A stretch of 64,000 nucleotides of DNA from Candidatus Eiseniibacteriota bacterium (GTDB lineage: Bacteria > Eisenbacteria > RBG-16-71-46): NCBI GenBank assembly GCA_041483195.1, contig JBGPFC010000006.1:1-64000 (forward strand), written 5' to 3'. The notes beneath the pieces are model-generated. The model was not told where the DNA came from. It searched no databases and worked only from the letters and a program-made list of their open reading frames with translations. Position 1 is the first letter of the stretch, and every line of letters begins with the position of its first letter. The translations under genes and the position numbers were made by a program. This document shows positions 37,859 through 48,286 of this stretch, piece by piece.

Positions 37859-39007
37859 TCACACGACGTCGCTGTCGCCCCAGGTGACGTACCAGTTGCG
37901 CGAGTCGTAGAGCATCGGCTTGTCGGTCGTATCCGCGAGGGCACGGGCGCCAAAGTAGATCTCCTGGGGCATGAGGCGCCGAGGCGGCGCGATGAAGCCC
38001 GCCCCGTCGATCGCGCGGCGGACGATGCTCGACGGGTACATGAGCGCCGTCACCATCTGCGCCCCTTCCCCCGCCATCGAGGTCTCGGCCAGGCTCACCA
38101 GGGCCGACGCCACGTCGGGGCGCGACTCCTCGCACACGATGTCCAGCACGAACCCACTCATCATCGAGAAGCGCTCCTCGACCCGCGTGACGAGCGCGCC
38201 GACCAGGGTTCCGGCCTCACGCAGCGTCCAGACCCGGTAGACGGAGTCGGGATTCTCGAAGTAGCGCCACTGAAGATAGCGCCGGTCGCGCACGACACAG
38301 ATCCTCTTGCCGTGGCGCGCGCGTGCCCACAGCTGGTCGGTGTCCGGCGGGAAGGCCTTCACCTCCTCGGCCGACAGCGCGGCGGGAATGCGACGCGGAG
38401 GCCTGCGCGCGATCGACCAGACAAACTCGGCGAACGGCGCCGCGATTCGGCCGAGCGCCCCGCGGCGGGAGAGCTGCGCGCGCACCGCGCCGCGCAGCGG
38501 CTTGACGAGCAGGGGGAACGGGGCGAGTTCCACCCAACCCAGCTTCTTGAAGAAGGTCGGCGCCGACATGGCGTTCGGAAAACCGAACACTGCGAAAGAG
38601 CCCTTCTGGCCCAGCTCCGAATAGAGCTGGTTGGCGAGCCGGGGGAATATCCCGCGGCCACGGAAGGCCTTGTCGGTCGCGGTGTCGAGCGAGAGCGCAC
38701 CGTGCATGAGCGCGCCGTCCACGTGCACGCGCAGCGGCATCACGGCGTATTGCGCGGCGAGCGTACTTCCGGCGAAGGCGAGCAGAATGGCCTGGTACCC
38801 GGCGGGCGTATCCAGGAATTCCCACTTCCAGTGACGCGCGCTCTCAGTGCGGCCCATCGTGCGCCCGAACACGCGCTCGAAGAGATCGATGATCCGCGCC
38901 TCGTCCCCGGACCGGTAGTTCCGGATCTCGAGGGGCTGGTCCGCCCCTGCCGCCTGAGGCGCGGCAGCGGCCGCCGCCTCGGTGCCGGGATTCGACACGA
39001 TCTCCAT
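37859..39007 (-). CDS. GNAT family acyltransferase (polysaccharide-locus type, two GNAT-like halves)
   Basis: HWKWEF.D.P, DTATDKAFRGRGIF, FGFPN..S...F.KKLGW, RD.RYLQWRY, GDSD. Confidence 0.82.
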   Translation of the reverse strand: MEIVSNPGTEAAAAAAPQAAGADQPLEIRNYRSGDEARIIDLFERVFGRTMGRTESARHWKWEFLDTPAGYQAILLAFAGSTLAAQYAVMPLRVHVDGALMHGALSLDTATDKAFRGRGIFPRLANQLYSELGQKGSFAVFGFPNAMSAPTFFKKLGWVELAPFPLLVKPLRGAVRAQLSRRGALGRIAAPFAEFVWSIARRPPRRIPAALSAEEVKAFPPDTDQLWARARHGKRICVVRDRRYLQWRYFENPDSVYRVWTLREAGTLVGALVTRVEERFSMMSGFVLDIVCEESRPDVASALVSLAETSMAGEGAQMVTALMYPSSIVRRAIDGAGFIAPPRRLMPQEIYFGARALADTTDKPMLYDSRNWYVTWGDSDVV

Positions 39008-39009
39008 GG

Positions 39010-39891
39010 CTAGCCTCCTTCCGTCCGCCCCGCGGGACCTCGATCCAGGCCCAGCACTTCCTTCATGGGAGCAAAGCGGAAATCCCCGAGCAGACGTCGC
39101 AGCCGCCCCTCGGTGGACTTCAGATTGAAGTAGTGGGTGGCCGCGATGCGCCGCGGTAACGGAATGCGCGGGTGCTCAGGATCTACTTCCCACGGGTGGA
39201 TGTAAAATACCACGGGTCTTCCTTCCCGGTTGATGGAGCGCAGCGCGGTCCGGGTCAGCGCGTACGGGAACATGCGGAAGTAGGCGCCGCCCGCCACCGG
39301 CAGATTGCGGCCCAACACGCGCCACGTGGAGATCGGAAACTCGATCAGGCCGTCAACCCCTTCCCTCACCGGATGCGGCCAGCGCGGCGCGTCCTCGATG
39401 CCATACCGGTAATTGAGCACCGGGAAGATGCTCGAATCGTAGTGCAGGCCCTCCTCGCCCAGGATGTCGAGCGCCCAGAGCGAGCGCCGGGTTATCGAGA
39501 AGAACGGCGCCCGGTGCCCGACGATGCGCTGGCCGGTGAGGGTCTCGAGCAGTCGGATCGAGCGCACCAACTCGTCGCGAAACGTCTCCGGGGTCATCTC
39601 GTAAACCAGCGTGTGCGACCAACCGTGAGTGGCGATCTCGTGGCCGGCCGAGGCGATCTCCCGAACCAGTTCGGGGTGCCGCTCGGCCACGGCGCCCAGG
39701 ATGAAGAACGTCGCGTGGACGTTGCACTCCGCGAACAGCGCGAGCAGGCGACGCCCCGAGGCCGGCAGGCGGTCCTCGTATCCTGCCCAGCGGGTATAGG
39801 GAATCTCGAGACCCTGATACCAGTCCTCGAAGTCCACCGTGAGCGCGTTGACGAGCGGCGGCGCGCCGCGCGGATTTCTGCTTTGGAGCAT
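39010..39891 (-). CDS. polysaccharide deacetylase, PEP-CTERM/XrtA-locus type (DUF3473)
   Basis: NALTVDFEDWY, ATFFILG.VAE, HEIATHG.SH, G.RAP.FSI, YDSSIFP, GGAYFR, YIHPWEVDP. Confidence 0.9.
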   Translation of the reverse strand: MLQSRNPRGAPPLVNALTVDFEDWYQGLEIPYTRWAGYEDRLPASGRRLLALFAECNVHATFFILGAVAERHPELVREIASAGHEIATHGWSHTLVYEMTPETFRDELVRSIRLLETLTGQRIVGHRAPFFSITRRSLWALDILGEEGLHYDSSIFPVLNYRYGIEDAPRWPHPVREGVDGLIEFPISTWRVLGRNLPVAGGAYFRMFPYALTRTALRSINREGRPVVFYIHPWEVDPEHPRIPLPRRIAATHYFNLKSTEGRLRRLLGDFRFAPMKEVLGLDRGPAGRTEGG

Positions 39892-40090
39892 GGCGACGTG
39901 GACCTTAGTCAAGGACGAGCCGGAGGGGAAGCGCCCGGCCCCGACTGCACCCGGGCCACGTCGCGCATTCGCTGCGTCCGATGCCTTGCCAGATATTGAA
40001 ACCATGCGGCATTATTCGCGGGAGTCGTGCTCGCGGGCGTTCCTCCTTGCAGGGCGTCACGCGAGGCGGGTTTCGGAGGGCTCCCCAATC

Positions 40091-41314
40091 GTGCGACGAC
40101 AGATCAATACGCCGGCGAAAGTTCTGGACCGGTGGTCAGGCTACGTGCTCGGACGCGCCCTCGGCGGCATCGCCCGCGGCCTGGGACGATTCGGCCGATC
40201 CCGTCTCGAGAATCCGCCGCGGCAGATCCTCCTGAGCAAATTCTGCTGCATGGGCGATGCCGTCCTGGTCCTCCCGTCGCTGCGGGCGCTCAAGGAGACG
40301 TTTCCAACGACGCACGTGACGATGCTGTGCACGCCGCGCACCCTGCCCATCTTCGAGGGGAATGAATATCTCGATGAGATCATGCTCTTCCGGCTCACGG
40401 GTGAGAATCGGTTCGGCAAGTTCGTCACGTCGGCGCTGCCTGCTCTGCTCGAGACGCTGCAGAAGTTGAGGGCGAGATCGTTCGACGCCGTGATCGATTT
40501 CGACAACTACTACAACTGGACGACCTTTCTCGGGTTCGCGGCGGGGATCCGCACCCGGGTCGGGTTCGACCCGCCCCGACAGGGGCGCCGCTTCCTGCTC
40601 ACCAATCCCGTTCGCTTCGAGGGCGCCCGACACATGGTCGAGTTCTACCTCGATCTCGTCCGCGCGATCGGCGCCGACACCGTCCACAAGTCGCCGTCGA
40701 TCGTCGTTCCATTCGCGGCGCAGTCCTGGGCACGCGATTTTCTGGCAAAGTCCGGGCACCTCCCCGGAGAGCGACCTCTGGTGGCTCTGTCCCCGGGGCG
40801 GAGCGCGGCGTGGCATTTCGTCCGCTGGCCCGAGGACAACTTCGTCGCCGCGGGCAGGGCGCTGTACGAGAGATGCGGCGCCCGCCTGCTGCTGATCGGG
40901 GGCGATGCCGAGGTGCCCATCGCCGACCGCATGATGGCCGCGCTGGCCGCACACCGGATTCCGGCCATCAATAGCGTCGGGAAGCTGGAACTCGCTCAGA
41001 GCGAGGCGCTCCTTCAGCAAGCGGACCTGGTGATCTGCAACGACAGTGGACCGATGCACGTCGCCGCGGCGGTCGGGACGCCCACGCTGGCCGTGTTCGG
41101 CCCCGCCGACCACCGGCTCTGGGGACCCTACGGTCCGGAGCACCGCGTCGTGCGTCTCGATCTGGACTGCAGCCCGTGCGTCATCATGGGGAAGCTGGGC
41201 AAATGCCCCAGGCAACTCCTGGAGTGTTTGCAGGTGCCCGTGAATGTGGTGATCAAGGCGGCCGACGAGATGCTCGAGCACCGCCGTGCGAGCGCCGTCG
41301 CCCCGCTTCACTGA
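40091..41314 (+). CDS. glycosyltransferase family 9 (heptosyltransferase-like)
   Basis: MGDAVL..P.LRALK, HMVE.YL, RWP...F, ICNDSGPMHVAAAVGTPTLAVFGP, CSPC; start GTG 40091 (GGAGG). Confidence 0.92.
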   Translation: MRRQINTPAKVLDRWSGYVLGRALGGIARGLGRFGRSRLENPPRQILLSKFCCMGDAVLVLPSLRALKETFPTTHVTMLCTPRTLPIFEGNEYLDEIMLFRLTGENRFGKFVTSALPALLETLQKLRARSFDAVIDFDNYYNWTTFLGFAAGIRTRVGFDPPRQGRRFLLTNPVRFEGARHMVEFYLDLVRAIGADTVHKSPSIVVPFAAQSWARDFLAKSGHLPGERPLVALSPGRSAAWHFVRWPEDNFVAAGRALYERCGARLLLIGGDAEVPIADRMMAALAAHRIPAINSVGKLELAQSEALLQQADLVICNDSGPMHVAAAVGTPTLAVFGPADHRLWGPYGPEHRVVRLDLDCSPCVIMGKLGKCPRQLLECLQVPVNVVIKAADEMLEHRRASAVAPLH

Positions 41315-42477
41315 GGCTTCGCGGGGCTACCCTCGCCCCTCGGCCGGGCCACATTGCGAAATACGGTCAGGTACTCACGCGCGGTCCGCGCATAGCGAAA
41401 CTCGGCGGCGCGCGCGCGGCCGGCGTCCGCCATGGTCCGGCGCAGCGATGTATCCCCCGCCAACTCGCGGATCGCTGCGGCCCACTCCGAGTCCTCACGC
41501 GGCGCGACGAAGCGGGCCGCATCTGCGCCGAGCTCGCGCAGGACCGGAACATCCGCCGCGAGCACGGGGCTGCCGGCTGCCTGTGCCTCGAGCAGAGGAA
41601 AACCGAAGCCCTCGGCAAGGGAAGGAAAGAGCGTGATGGTGGCGTTTCGGTAGAGCCACCAGAGCTCGGGCTCCGTCACACGCCCGAGCGCGGTGACCCG
41701 GCTGGCCCCGTGTTGCCGCGCGAGCACGGCGAGCCCGCGGTATCGCGGATCCTCGGGACCCGCTCCCACGAGATCGAGCGGAGGATTCGGCCCGAAGCGC
41801 TTCCAGGCGCGCGCCAGCGTTTCCAGGTTCTTGTGCGGCTTGTTGATCCCGACGACCAGCGCGAATGCGCGTTCCGGCAATCCTCGCGGGCGGGCTCCCG
41901 CCACGGGCGCGGGAGCCACGACGCCGGGATGCACGGTGTGGACTTTCGACTCCGCGATGCCGGCGCGCCGGACGATCTGCCTCCGACTCGCCTCGCTGCT
42001 CGTCATCACGGCGTCCGCGCGCTTCGTTCCGAGCAGCGCGACCCGGTAGAGGAGCCGGCCGCGCGCATACGAAGCCTCCGGGAGCTCCAGCGGCAAGACG
42101 TCGTGGAGAGTGAGCACGCGTGCACACCCCGCGCCCCACGGCGACAGGTAGAACGGGCTGAAGTAGAGGGCCGGTCTGATCCGACGGAGCAGTCGCCCGG
42201 TCCAGAAGGGGGTCGTGGCTCCGATGGCAGGAGCGCCGGTCTCGATCCAATCCACGCGTGAGTGACGCGGCAAGGGGTCGAAGTCGAAGCGCGAATTCAC
42301 GAGCCCCGGATTCCAAATGACGGCGTATCGCTCGCCCCCGGGGAGTTCGAGCAGCGCCTGCAGGAGGCGGAACGCGTGCGTCCCCACTCCCGGGAAATGA
42401 TCCGAGGCGTATCGAAGGTCGTAGGCGATTGTGAGGGTCGGGCCGAGGTCCGCGCCCGGGGCAATAACCGAGGTCAC
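41308..42477 (-). CDS. glycosyltransferase family 4 (MtfB/WbpY-like)
   Basis: VLTLHDVLP, VG.NKPHKNL, FPSLAEGFGFPLLEAQAAG.PV. Confidence 0.92.
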   Translation of the reverse strand: MTSVIAPGADLGPTLTIAYDLRYASDHFPGVGTHAFRLLQALLELPGGERYAVIWNPGLVNSRFDFDPLPRHSRVDWIETGAPAIGATTPFWTGRLLRRIRPALYFSPFYLSPWGAGCARVLTLHDVLPLELPEASYARGRLLYRVALLGTKRADAVMTSSEASRRQIVRRAGIAESKVHTVHPGVVAPAPVAGARPRGLPERAFALVVGINKPHKNLETLARAWKRFGPNPPLDLVGAGPEDPRYRGLAVLARQHGASRVTALGRVTEPELWWLYRNATITLFPSLAEGFGFPLLEAQAAGSPVLAADVPVLRELGADAARFVAPREDSEWAAAIRELAGDTSLRRTMADAGRARAAEFRYARTAREYLTVFRNVARPRGEGSPAKPQ

Positions 42478-42628
42478 GAGACAAACCTAGGGGCCGGGAC
42501 GTGCACTGTCCAGCCGGCGGCGGACACCGTGGCGCCGAATTCGCTCACTCGCTTCCGTCACGCACACGCCGAATCCTCCTCCGATCCCCGCGCATGGTAG
42601 CCTGTGGAATGCGGCGCAGCCCCTCGGC

Positions 42629-43663
42629 ATGGTCGGGGCCATGCAGGGGCCGCGCCCTTCGCATGCCGACGACTCAGCGTTCCGCGCGAGCGGGATCGCA
42701 ACGTCGCGCCCCGACCTCTCGAACCTGGACCGGAGATTGAGCAAGGACATCGACGTGGCCGCGGTGATGATCGCCTGGAACAGCATGGACTGGCTGCCGG
42801 GTGCGCTCGAGTCGCTCGAGCAGCAGAACCATCCTCTGGCATCGATCACGATCGTGGACAACGCCTCCACCGATGGAGTGGCCGAATTCGTGGCGAGCCG
42901 GCACCCACGGGCGACGGTGCTCCGCAATCAGGAGAATCTCGGGTTCGCGGCCGCGGTCAACCAGGGCATTCGCGCCAGCACCGCGGAGTGGGTGCTGGTG
43001 CTGAACCCTGACCTGACGCTGGAGCGCGACCACGTTTCGCAGTTGCTGCTGGCGGCGACGGAGCGCCCGGACGCGGGGATGCTCGGCGGATTGCTCCGCC
43101 GACCCGACGGACAGGTGGACTCCGCCGGCCTCGAACTGCACCGCTACCTGCTGCGGCCGCTCGACCGCACGGTTTCACCCGCGAGGGCCGGTTCACAGCC
43201 GGAGGTCGTCTTCGGAATCTGCGCGGCCGCGGCGCTCTATCGTCGCGCCATGCTCGAGGACACCGCGTATCACGGTGAGTACTTCGACACCGCGTTCTTC
43301 GCCTATTACGAGGACGTCGATCTCGCGTGGCGCGCGTGCCACCGGGGCTGGAAGGCGTACTTCGTGCCGTCGGCGCGAGGCATGCACGTGCGGGGAGCCT
43401 CCGAGGGCGAGCGCTCTCACGCGGGGCAAGTCCGTTCCCAGCGCAACCGCTACCTGGCGCTCTACAAGAATCTGCCCGCGCGCCGCCTTCTCTTGGATCT
43501 GTTGCCGATTCTCGGTATCGAGGCCGCGCGCATGGTTCGCCACGCAGGCACGCAGTCCGCGGGACTGGTGGCAGCGCTGCGCCTCGCACATTCTCGTCAC
43601 GAGTGGCGCGCCCACATCCAGCAGACCGCGAGGCCAGACAGGGAATGGTATCTGAAGGCGTAG
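42629..43663 (+). CDS. glycosyltransferase family 2
   Basis: IVDNASTDG, NLGFAAAVNQG, VLNPD, FFAYYEDVDLAWRA; start uncertain. Confidence 0.9.
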   Translation: MVGAMQGPRPSHADDSAFRASGIATSRPDLSNLDRRLSKDIDVAAVMIAWNSMDWLPGALESLEQQNHPLASITIVDNASTDGVAEFVASRHPRATVLRNQENLGFAAAVNQGIRASTAEWVLVLNPDLTLERDHVSQLLLAATERPDAGMLGGLLRRPDGQVDSAGLELHRYLLRPLDRTVSPARAGSQPEVVFGICAAAALYRRAMLEDTAYHGEYFDTAFFAYYEDVDLAWRACHRGWKAYFVPSARGMHVRGASEGERSHAGQVRSQRNRYLALYKNLPARRLLLDLLPILGIEAARMVRHAGTQSAGLVAALRLAHSRHEWRAHIQQTARPDREWYLKA

Positions 43664-44517
43664 AGATCGCTGCCGTGGTCGTGCACTGGAACTCGCTGGG
43701 CAGCCTGCCCGCCTGTCTGGGCGCGCTGTACGGGACCCCCGGCATCCACTCGGTGGTCGTGGACAACGCCTCACCCGACGGCGGCCGCACCGAAGTCGAG
43801 CGTCAATTCCCCGGCATCCGGTGGCTCGCGATGGAGCGCAACATGGGCTTCGGCGCGGGCGTCAACGCCGGCGCGCGGGCGGTGGGAAGCCGCTGGGTGC
43901 TCGCACTCAACCCGGATGTCGTGGTGGAAGGCGCGACCCTCAAGGCGATGGCCGCGTGGGGGGAAACGAATGACGCAGCCGCCGTGGGGCCGCTCCTGCG
44001 TCGATCGGACGGTCGCCTCGAGCGATCGTGGGAAACGCGAGACTCGGCACTCGCCGATTTCGAGCGCATTCTCTCGTACCGCATGCATCGCGCGCCCCGC
44101 GCGCCACGGCGGCCGGTCGAGGTGGCGTGGTCCACCGGCGCGTGCCTGCTCGTGCGCAGAGACGCGTTCGACGCGGTACGCGGTTTCGACGAGGCCTTCT
44201 TCCTTTACTTCGAGGACACCGACCTGTGCCGCCGCCTGCGTGCGCGCGGTGGCCGGGTGTTCGTTCATCCGGGATTCGCGGCGCGGCACGAGCGTGGGGC
44301 CTCGGCGCGCGGGCGCGAGGTCTACGCGCAGGCCGCGTACCGTAGCAGCGAATTGCGCTACTTCGCGCGCTACCGCCCGGCCTGGGAACTCGCTCTCGCG
44401 CGCCGCAGGGCCGCAACTCAGGCGGCCCACTGGGAGGAACCGGGACGCGGAGTCGCGGATCACGAGGCGGCCAGCATCTTGCGCGCGGCGCTGTCGGAGG
44501 TTGAGCGACGTCCCTGA
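43645..44517 (+). CDS. glycosyltransferase family 2 (rhamnosyltransferase WbbL-like)
   Basis: VVDNASPDG, NMGFGAGVN, LNPD, GACLLVRR, FDEAFFLYFEDTDLC. Confidence 0.9.
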   Translation: MVSEGVEIAAVVVHWNSLGSLPACLGALYGTPGIHSVVVDNASPDGGRTEVERQFPGIRWLAMERNMGFGAGVNAGARAVGSRWVLALNPDVVVEGATLKAMAAWGETNDAAAVGPLLRRSDGRLERSWETRDSALADFERILSYRMHRAPRAPRRPVEVAWSTGACLLVRRDAFDAVRGFDEAFFLYFEDTDLCRRLRARGGRVFVHPGFAARHERGASARGREVYAQAAYRSSELRYFARYRPAWELALARRRAATQAAHWEEPGRGVADHEAASILRAALSEVERRP

Positions 44518-44612
44518 GATCGCCCCGCGGACGCTGCCACGGCGCCGAATCGCGCACGGTCCGAGCCTCATGAGTTGCCGCGTCTGGCCCTTCCCGATAG
44601 TGTCAGCATCCC

Positions 44613-45998
44613 ATGCAGTCTTCTCCCCCGCTGCCTGCCCGCCGGTCCGCCTGGTCGCGGCTCGAGATCGTGGCCCCCGCTCTTGCCGTGTCGGTCCTGT
44701 TGCTGCTCATCGGCATGGGCTGGGTCATGCATCCGCTCGTGCTGCTCGTCCTGGGCCCGCTGCTGCTCGTGGCCTGCGCGTTCGTGCTCCGCACGTCCCC
44801 GATTCTGCTCTACTGGCTGGTTCCGGCGAGTATGGTCCTGGACTTCAAACGCGCCGTTCAAGCCTACGACATCCTGGTCCTCCTCCTCGCAAGCGCCACT
44901 CTACTCGCCGCGTACTCGAAGACGCGGCTGGCGGACGTTCGTCTGCAGCCGATCGAGTGGCGCGCCCTGCTCCTCATGGCGATCTTCTTCACCGCGTTTC
45001 TGGGTCCGGTCGACGCGACGCGATTCCAGCACGCGCTCAAGCTCTACTCGATGGGCTTTCTGGCATTCGAGACCGCACGCTGGGCGGTACCGCGCTTGGG
45101 GCGGGCGGGTCTCGCCTGGGGCCCCGCGATCTTCTGCGGCATCACATCGCTCGAACTCTTCGGTCGCCTGCGCGCCAGCGGCATTCCTTCGTTCAAGAGC
45201 GTCGTGCTTCGCACCTACATCACGGATCTGTCCTGGGGAAGTTCGAACTACGTCGCCGCGGCGCTCGTGGTTTGCCTGCCGGTGCTGATGTTCCTGCTGC
45301 GAAGTCTGCCCCGCGGCAGCACCCGGCGCTGGTTGGTGACCGCGGTCGTGGCCGGCACGCTGGGCTCCCTGCTGATCACTTCATCACGGGGCGGGTTCGT
45401 GCTCGCGGCCGGCTACTTCTTGCTTGAAGGTGTCCGGGTGCGACGCGCCGGTTGGATCGGCATCGCGGGGGCAATCGCGGCAGTCTTGGTGCTCGCCCTG
45501 AGCCCGCTCGGGCAGGGGTTGGTCGCGCGTTTCACCAACGAGCAGAGCTCGGCCAGCGTCCTCGCCCGAATCGCAATTTGGGCGAATGCCTTCGAACGCG
45601 GAATGGAACACCTGCCGTTCGGAGTTGGGGCGGGCCAGGGAATCCTTCAGCAGGACCGACTCGCGCTGATCGACCCCCACAACTTCATGCTCACGCTATT
45701 CTCCGAGACCGGCCCGCTCGGGCTCATGGCGTGGCTGTGGATCCTGGCCGCCCTGTGGAGCGCCGCGCGACGTCTCCGCAAGCAGCCTTCCACGCGGCTC
45801 GCCGGGAATTCATTGCGCGCGACGTTCCTCGTGGCGATCCTGAACTCGCTCTTCGAGCCCACGTTCCCCGGTTACCTCTATGTGGTGTTGTTCTGGTGGA
45901 TCGCCGGATCGTTGCACGGCGTGGGGCCGCCTGCGGACCTCCCGCACCGCGCGGCGCGGGCCGCAACGGCGTCCGAAATGGTGCCCGCGCGACCCTGA
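44613..45998 (+). CDS. O-antigen ligase/polymerase (Wzy_C) family membrane protein
   Basis: TSSRGGF, AR..IW..A, FGVGAG, DPHN..L..FSETG.LG; ~12 TM segments. Confidence 0.87.
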   Translation: MQSSPPLPARRSAWSRLEIVAPALAVSVLLLLIGMGWVMHPLVLLVLGPLLLVACAFVLRTSPILLYWLVPASMVLDFKRAVQAYDILVLLLASATLLAAYSKTRLADVRLQPIEWRALLLMAIFFTAFLGPVDATRFQHALKLYSMGFLAFETARWAVPRLGRAGLAWGPAIFCGITSLELFGRLRASGIPSFKSVVLRTYITDLSWGSSNYVAAALVVCLPVLMFLLRSLPRGSTRRWLVTAVVAGTLGSLLITSSRGGFVLAAGYFLLEGVRVRRAGWIGIAGAIAAVLVLALSPLGQGLVARFTNEQSSASVLARIAIWANAFERGMEHLPFGVGAGQGILQQDRLALIDPHNFMLTLFSETGPLGLMAWLWILAALWSAARRLRKQPSTRLAGNSLRATFLVAILNSLFEPTFPGYLYVVLFWWIAGSLHGVGPPADLPHRAARAATASEMVPARP

Positions 45999-46005
45999 TC
46001 GATTC

Positions 46006-47082
46006 CTAGGCCGCGGTCCGCCTGGTCAGCTCCCGCAGCGCGGCCGGCCGTTCGCTCCAGAGCACGCTCACGAGGCCCGCGAGCGCCGCGGCGGCGGCCG
46101 CCCACGGCAACCGAAGCGGCCGTGCGCGACGTTCGGCGGGCACCGCGGGATCGAGCACCGTCACCGTGGGGGTGTCCATAGTCTCGCGCAGGCGAGCGTC
46201 CTCGAGCTGCGCGTTGAGCAGGAGATAGACCTGCTGGTAAAGGCGTACATCGCGCGCTTGCCGCCCCAGCTCGGTTTCGAGGCCAGGCATGTTGCCGATC
46301 TGGTTCTTCAGCTGCTCGAGCTCGGTGCGGGTTTGAACCACGAGCTCGTTCGTCGGAGTCAGGTAGGATCGCAGCACCTCGAGTTGCACCTCGAGCGCGA
46401 TCTTGCGGGCCATGAGGTCGGCCAGCGGCTTGAGGCTCTGAGCATCCGGGTCGAGCGGCACCAGCATATGGTGCTTTTCCTGGTACGCGCCCAATTGCGA
46501 CTCGGCCAAGCGGGACAACGAGTCGGTCTCGGCAACCCGCCGCTCGAGAAAGATGCGGGTGCGCTTCGCCTGAAAGTTGCGGCGCTCGACGTTGAATCGG
46601 TCGAGTTCCTCGACCAGCGCGTTCGCCACCTGCGCGGCGCGCTCGCGCGAGCGGTCCTCCACCGAAACCGAAATCGTTCCGTCGGGCGCAAGCACCGTCC
46701 GGGTGTGGTTTCGGAACTCCTTGAGCGTCTTCTCCATCGAGTTCGTGTGGTAGACACCCGTCAGGTCGAAGCGGCGGATGACGGCTTCCTGCACGCTCCG
46801 GCTCATGAGGATCGCCCGATAAAGGTCGGCCGGCGTGTAGTAGTTCGAGAGTCCACCGAGCGAAGGCATGCGCGAGAGGAAGCGCTGCACCGACAGGCCC
46901 GTACCCATCTGCTCCGTCTCTTCGGGCGGCAACAGCACGGCGGCCGATCGGTACCATGGGGGCATGATGAAGGTCACCCCGTAGATCACGGAACCGGCAA
47001 GCAGCGCGTTGAGTGCGTGCCTGCGCCAGCGCGCGGCCAGGCGGCGGATCAGTCCATCGAAGTCGAGTGCGAACTCGCCCAT
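46006..47082 (-). CDS. Wzz/GNVR polysaccharide chain-length determinant
   Basis: N-terminal TM + P.YRS.A.LLPP, coiled-coil region, VLDPAVP..R..P + C-terminal TM; no kinase domain. Confidence 0.87.
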   Translation of the reverse strand: MGEFALDFDGLIRRLAARWRRHALNALLAGSVIYGVTFIMPPWYRSAAVLLPPEETEQMGTGLSVQRFLSRMPSLGGLSNYYTPADLYRAILMSRSVQEAVIRRFDLTGVYHTNSMEKTLKEFRNHTRTVLAPDGTISVSVEDRSRERAAQVANALVEELDRFNVERRNFQAKRTRIFLERRVAETDSLSRLAESQLGAYQEKHHMLVPLDPDAQSLKPLADLMARKIALEVQLEVLRSYLTPTNELVVQTRTELEQLKNQIGNMPGLETELGRQARDVRLYQQVYLLLNAQLEDARLRETMDTPTVTVLDPAVPAERRARPLRLPWAAAAAALAGLVSVLWSERPAALRELTRRTAA

Positions 47083-47119
47083 GTACTCCTCTCATCCGGG
47101 AGATGCAAGCGGGCCGGTC

Positions 47120-47148
47120 AGGTTAGGGGTTTGGTGCCAAAGGGTCAA
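47120..47148 (-). promoter_or_regulatory. internal sigma70 promoter for the wzz-like gene
   Basis: TTGACC-N17-TAACCT; -35 overlaps the upstream stop codon. Confidence 0.6.
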
Positions 47149-48239
47149 TGCGCGACCGGGTCATCAGCGTGCGCGATGCCGAGCGGCGCTTCGATCGCGC
47201 CAGTCAGCACCATGTCCATTTTCCCCACGACCTGGTCCCATTGGTGCACCGACGCCGCCACGAGCCCGGCCGCCGCGAGACGCTCGCGCAACGGCTGGTC
47301 CAACAGCATTCGCGCGAGCGCGTCCCCCAGTGCCACCGGATCCTGCTGCGGCGCGGTGAGCGCGGTCACGTCACCCTGCACGTGGTCGTTCGGGGTCGTC
47401 ACCACCGCCGTACCGCAGGCGATCGCCTCGAGCGGCGGATAAGGTGCTCCGCCCCAATACACCGCCGCGATCAGCACATCGAGGCTCCGGTACCAGTCGG
47501 TCAGCTCGCGATCGTTAGCGGGCGCGACGTCGATGCGCGGGTCGCTCTCGTACCCCAGGGGGACGTTGCCGAACGCGACCGAAAAGTCGAGCGCGATGCC
47601 GCGCGCGCGCACCTGCCGCACCGCCTCGAAGCAGTCCGCCGTCCCCTTCCATGGTCCGAAGCGGCCAATCGTCCCGACCCGCGGCCGCCCCCCGGGAGGA
47701 CGCCGGCCGCGGGCGTGGTAAAGCGCGGGATCGAGACCGGGCGGCACGATCGGCACGCGCCCCGCCGCCGCGCCATGCACCGCGCGCGCCACCGTCGGAG
47801 CGTTCGCGATGTGGAAGAGCGGATAGTGGTAAGTCCGCTTCGCCCGCCAGTGGTAGACGATGCGCTGGGGCGTGTGCGGGTAGAAGTCGGGTTCGTAGGC
47901 CTGGATGTAGTAGAACTTTCGTGCGCGCACGCGTGCCCGGTGCACGGGCAGTGCGGTCATGTTGTGGTTCGCGAGCACGACATCGGCTTCGGGGAAGCGC
48001 TCGATCCCGGCTCGCAGGCGGCGCTGCTTGGGCAAGTCTAGGATCAGGTTGCGCCCCCACGGCAACGGCCCGAGCTTGACGATTTCGGCGCTGGTCGGGA
48101 ACGCCGGTTCGGACTCCTCGTCGAAGGCGAGAAACACGACGCGATGCCCTCGCCGCCTGAGCCCGCTCGCGATCTCGCACAGCACCCGCACGCCGCCGTG
48201 TTTCCCAGCGAGCGTCCATGCGGGGATCACGATGAACAT
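47145..48239 (-). CDS. glycosyltransferase family 4
   Basis: HGGVRVL.EIA..L..RGH.V, YYIQAYEP.F, WKG, PPLEAIACG. Confidence 0.87.
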   Translation of the reverse strand: MFIVIPAWTLAGKHGGVRVLCEIASGLRRRGHRVVFLAFDEESEPAFPTSAEIVKLGPLPWGRNLILDLPKQRRLRAGIERFPEADVVLANHNMTALPVHRARVRARKFYYIQAYEPDFYPHTPQRIVYHWRAKRTYHYPLFHIANAPTVARAVHGAAAGRVPIVPPGLDPALYHARGRRPPGGRPRVGTIGRFGPWKGTADCFEAVRQVRARGIALDFSVAFGNVPLGYESDPRIDVAPANDRELTDWYRSLDVLIAAVYWGGAPYPPLEAIACGTAVVTTPNDHVQGDVTALTAPQQDPVALGDALARMLLDQPLRERLAAAGLVAASVHQWDQVVGKMDMVLTGAIEAPLGIAHADDPVAH

Positions 48240-48286
48240 GCGTCCCTACTGCCGCGGAACGAGCAGGGCCCCCGCCTCCCCGCGCG

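Noticed and set aside
47134..47139. TGGCAC as a sigma54 -24 box
   Set aside because: No TTGC at the -12 position; better explained as the spacer of a sigma70 promoter.
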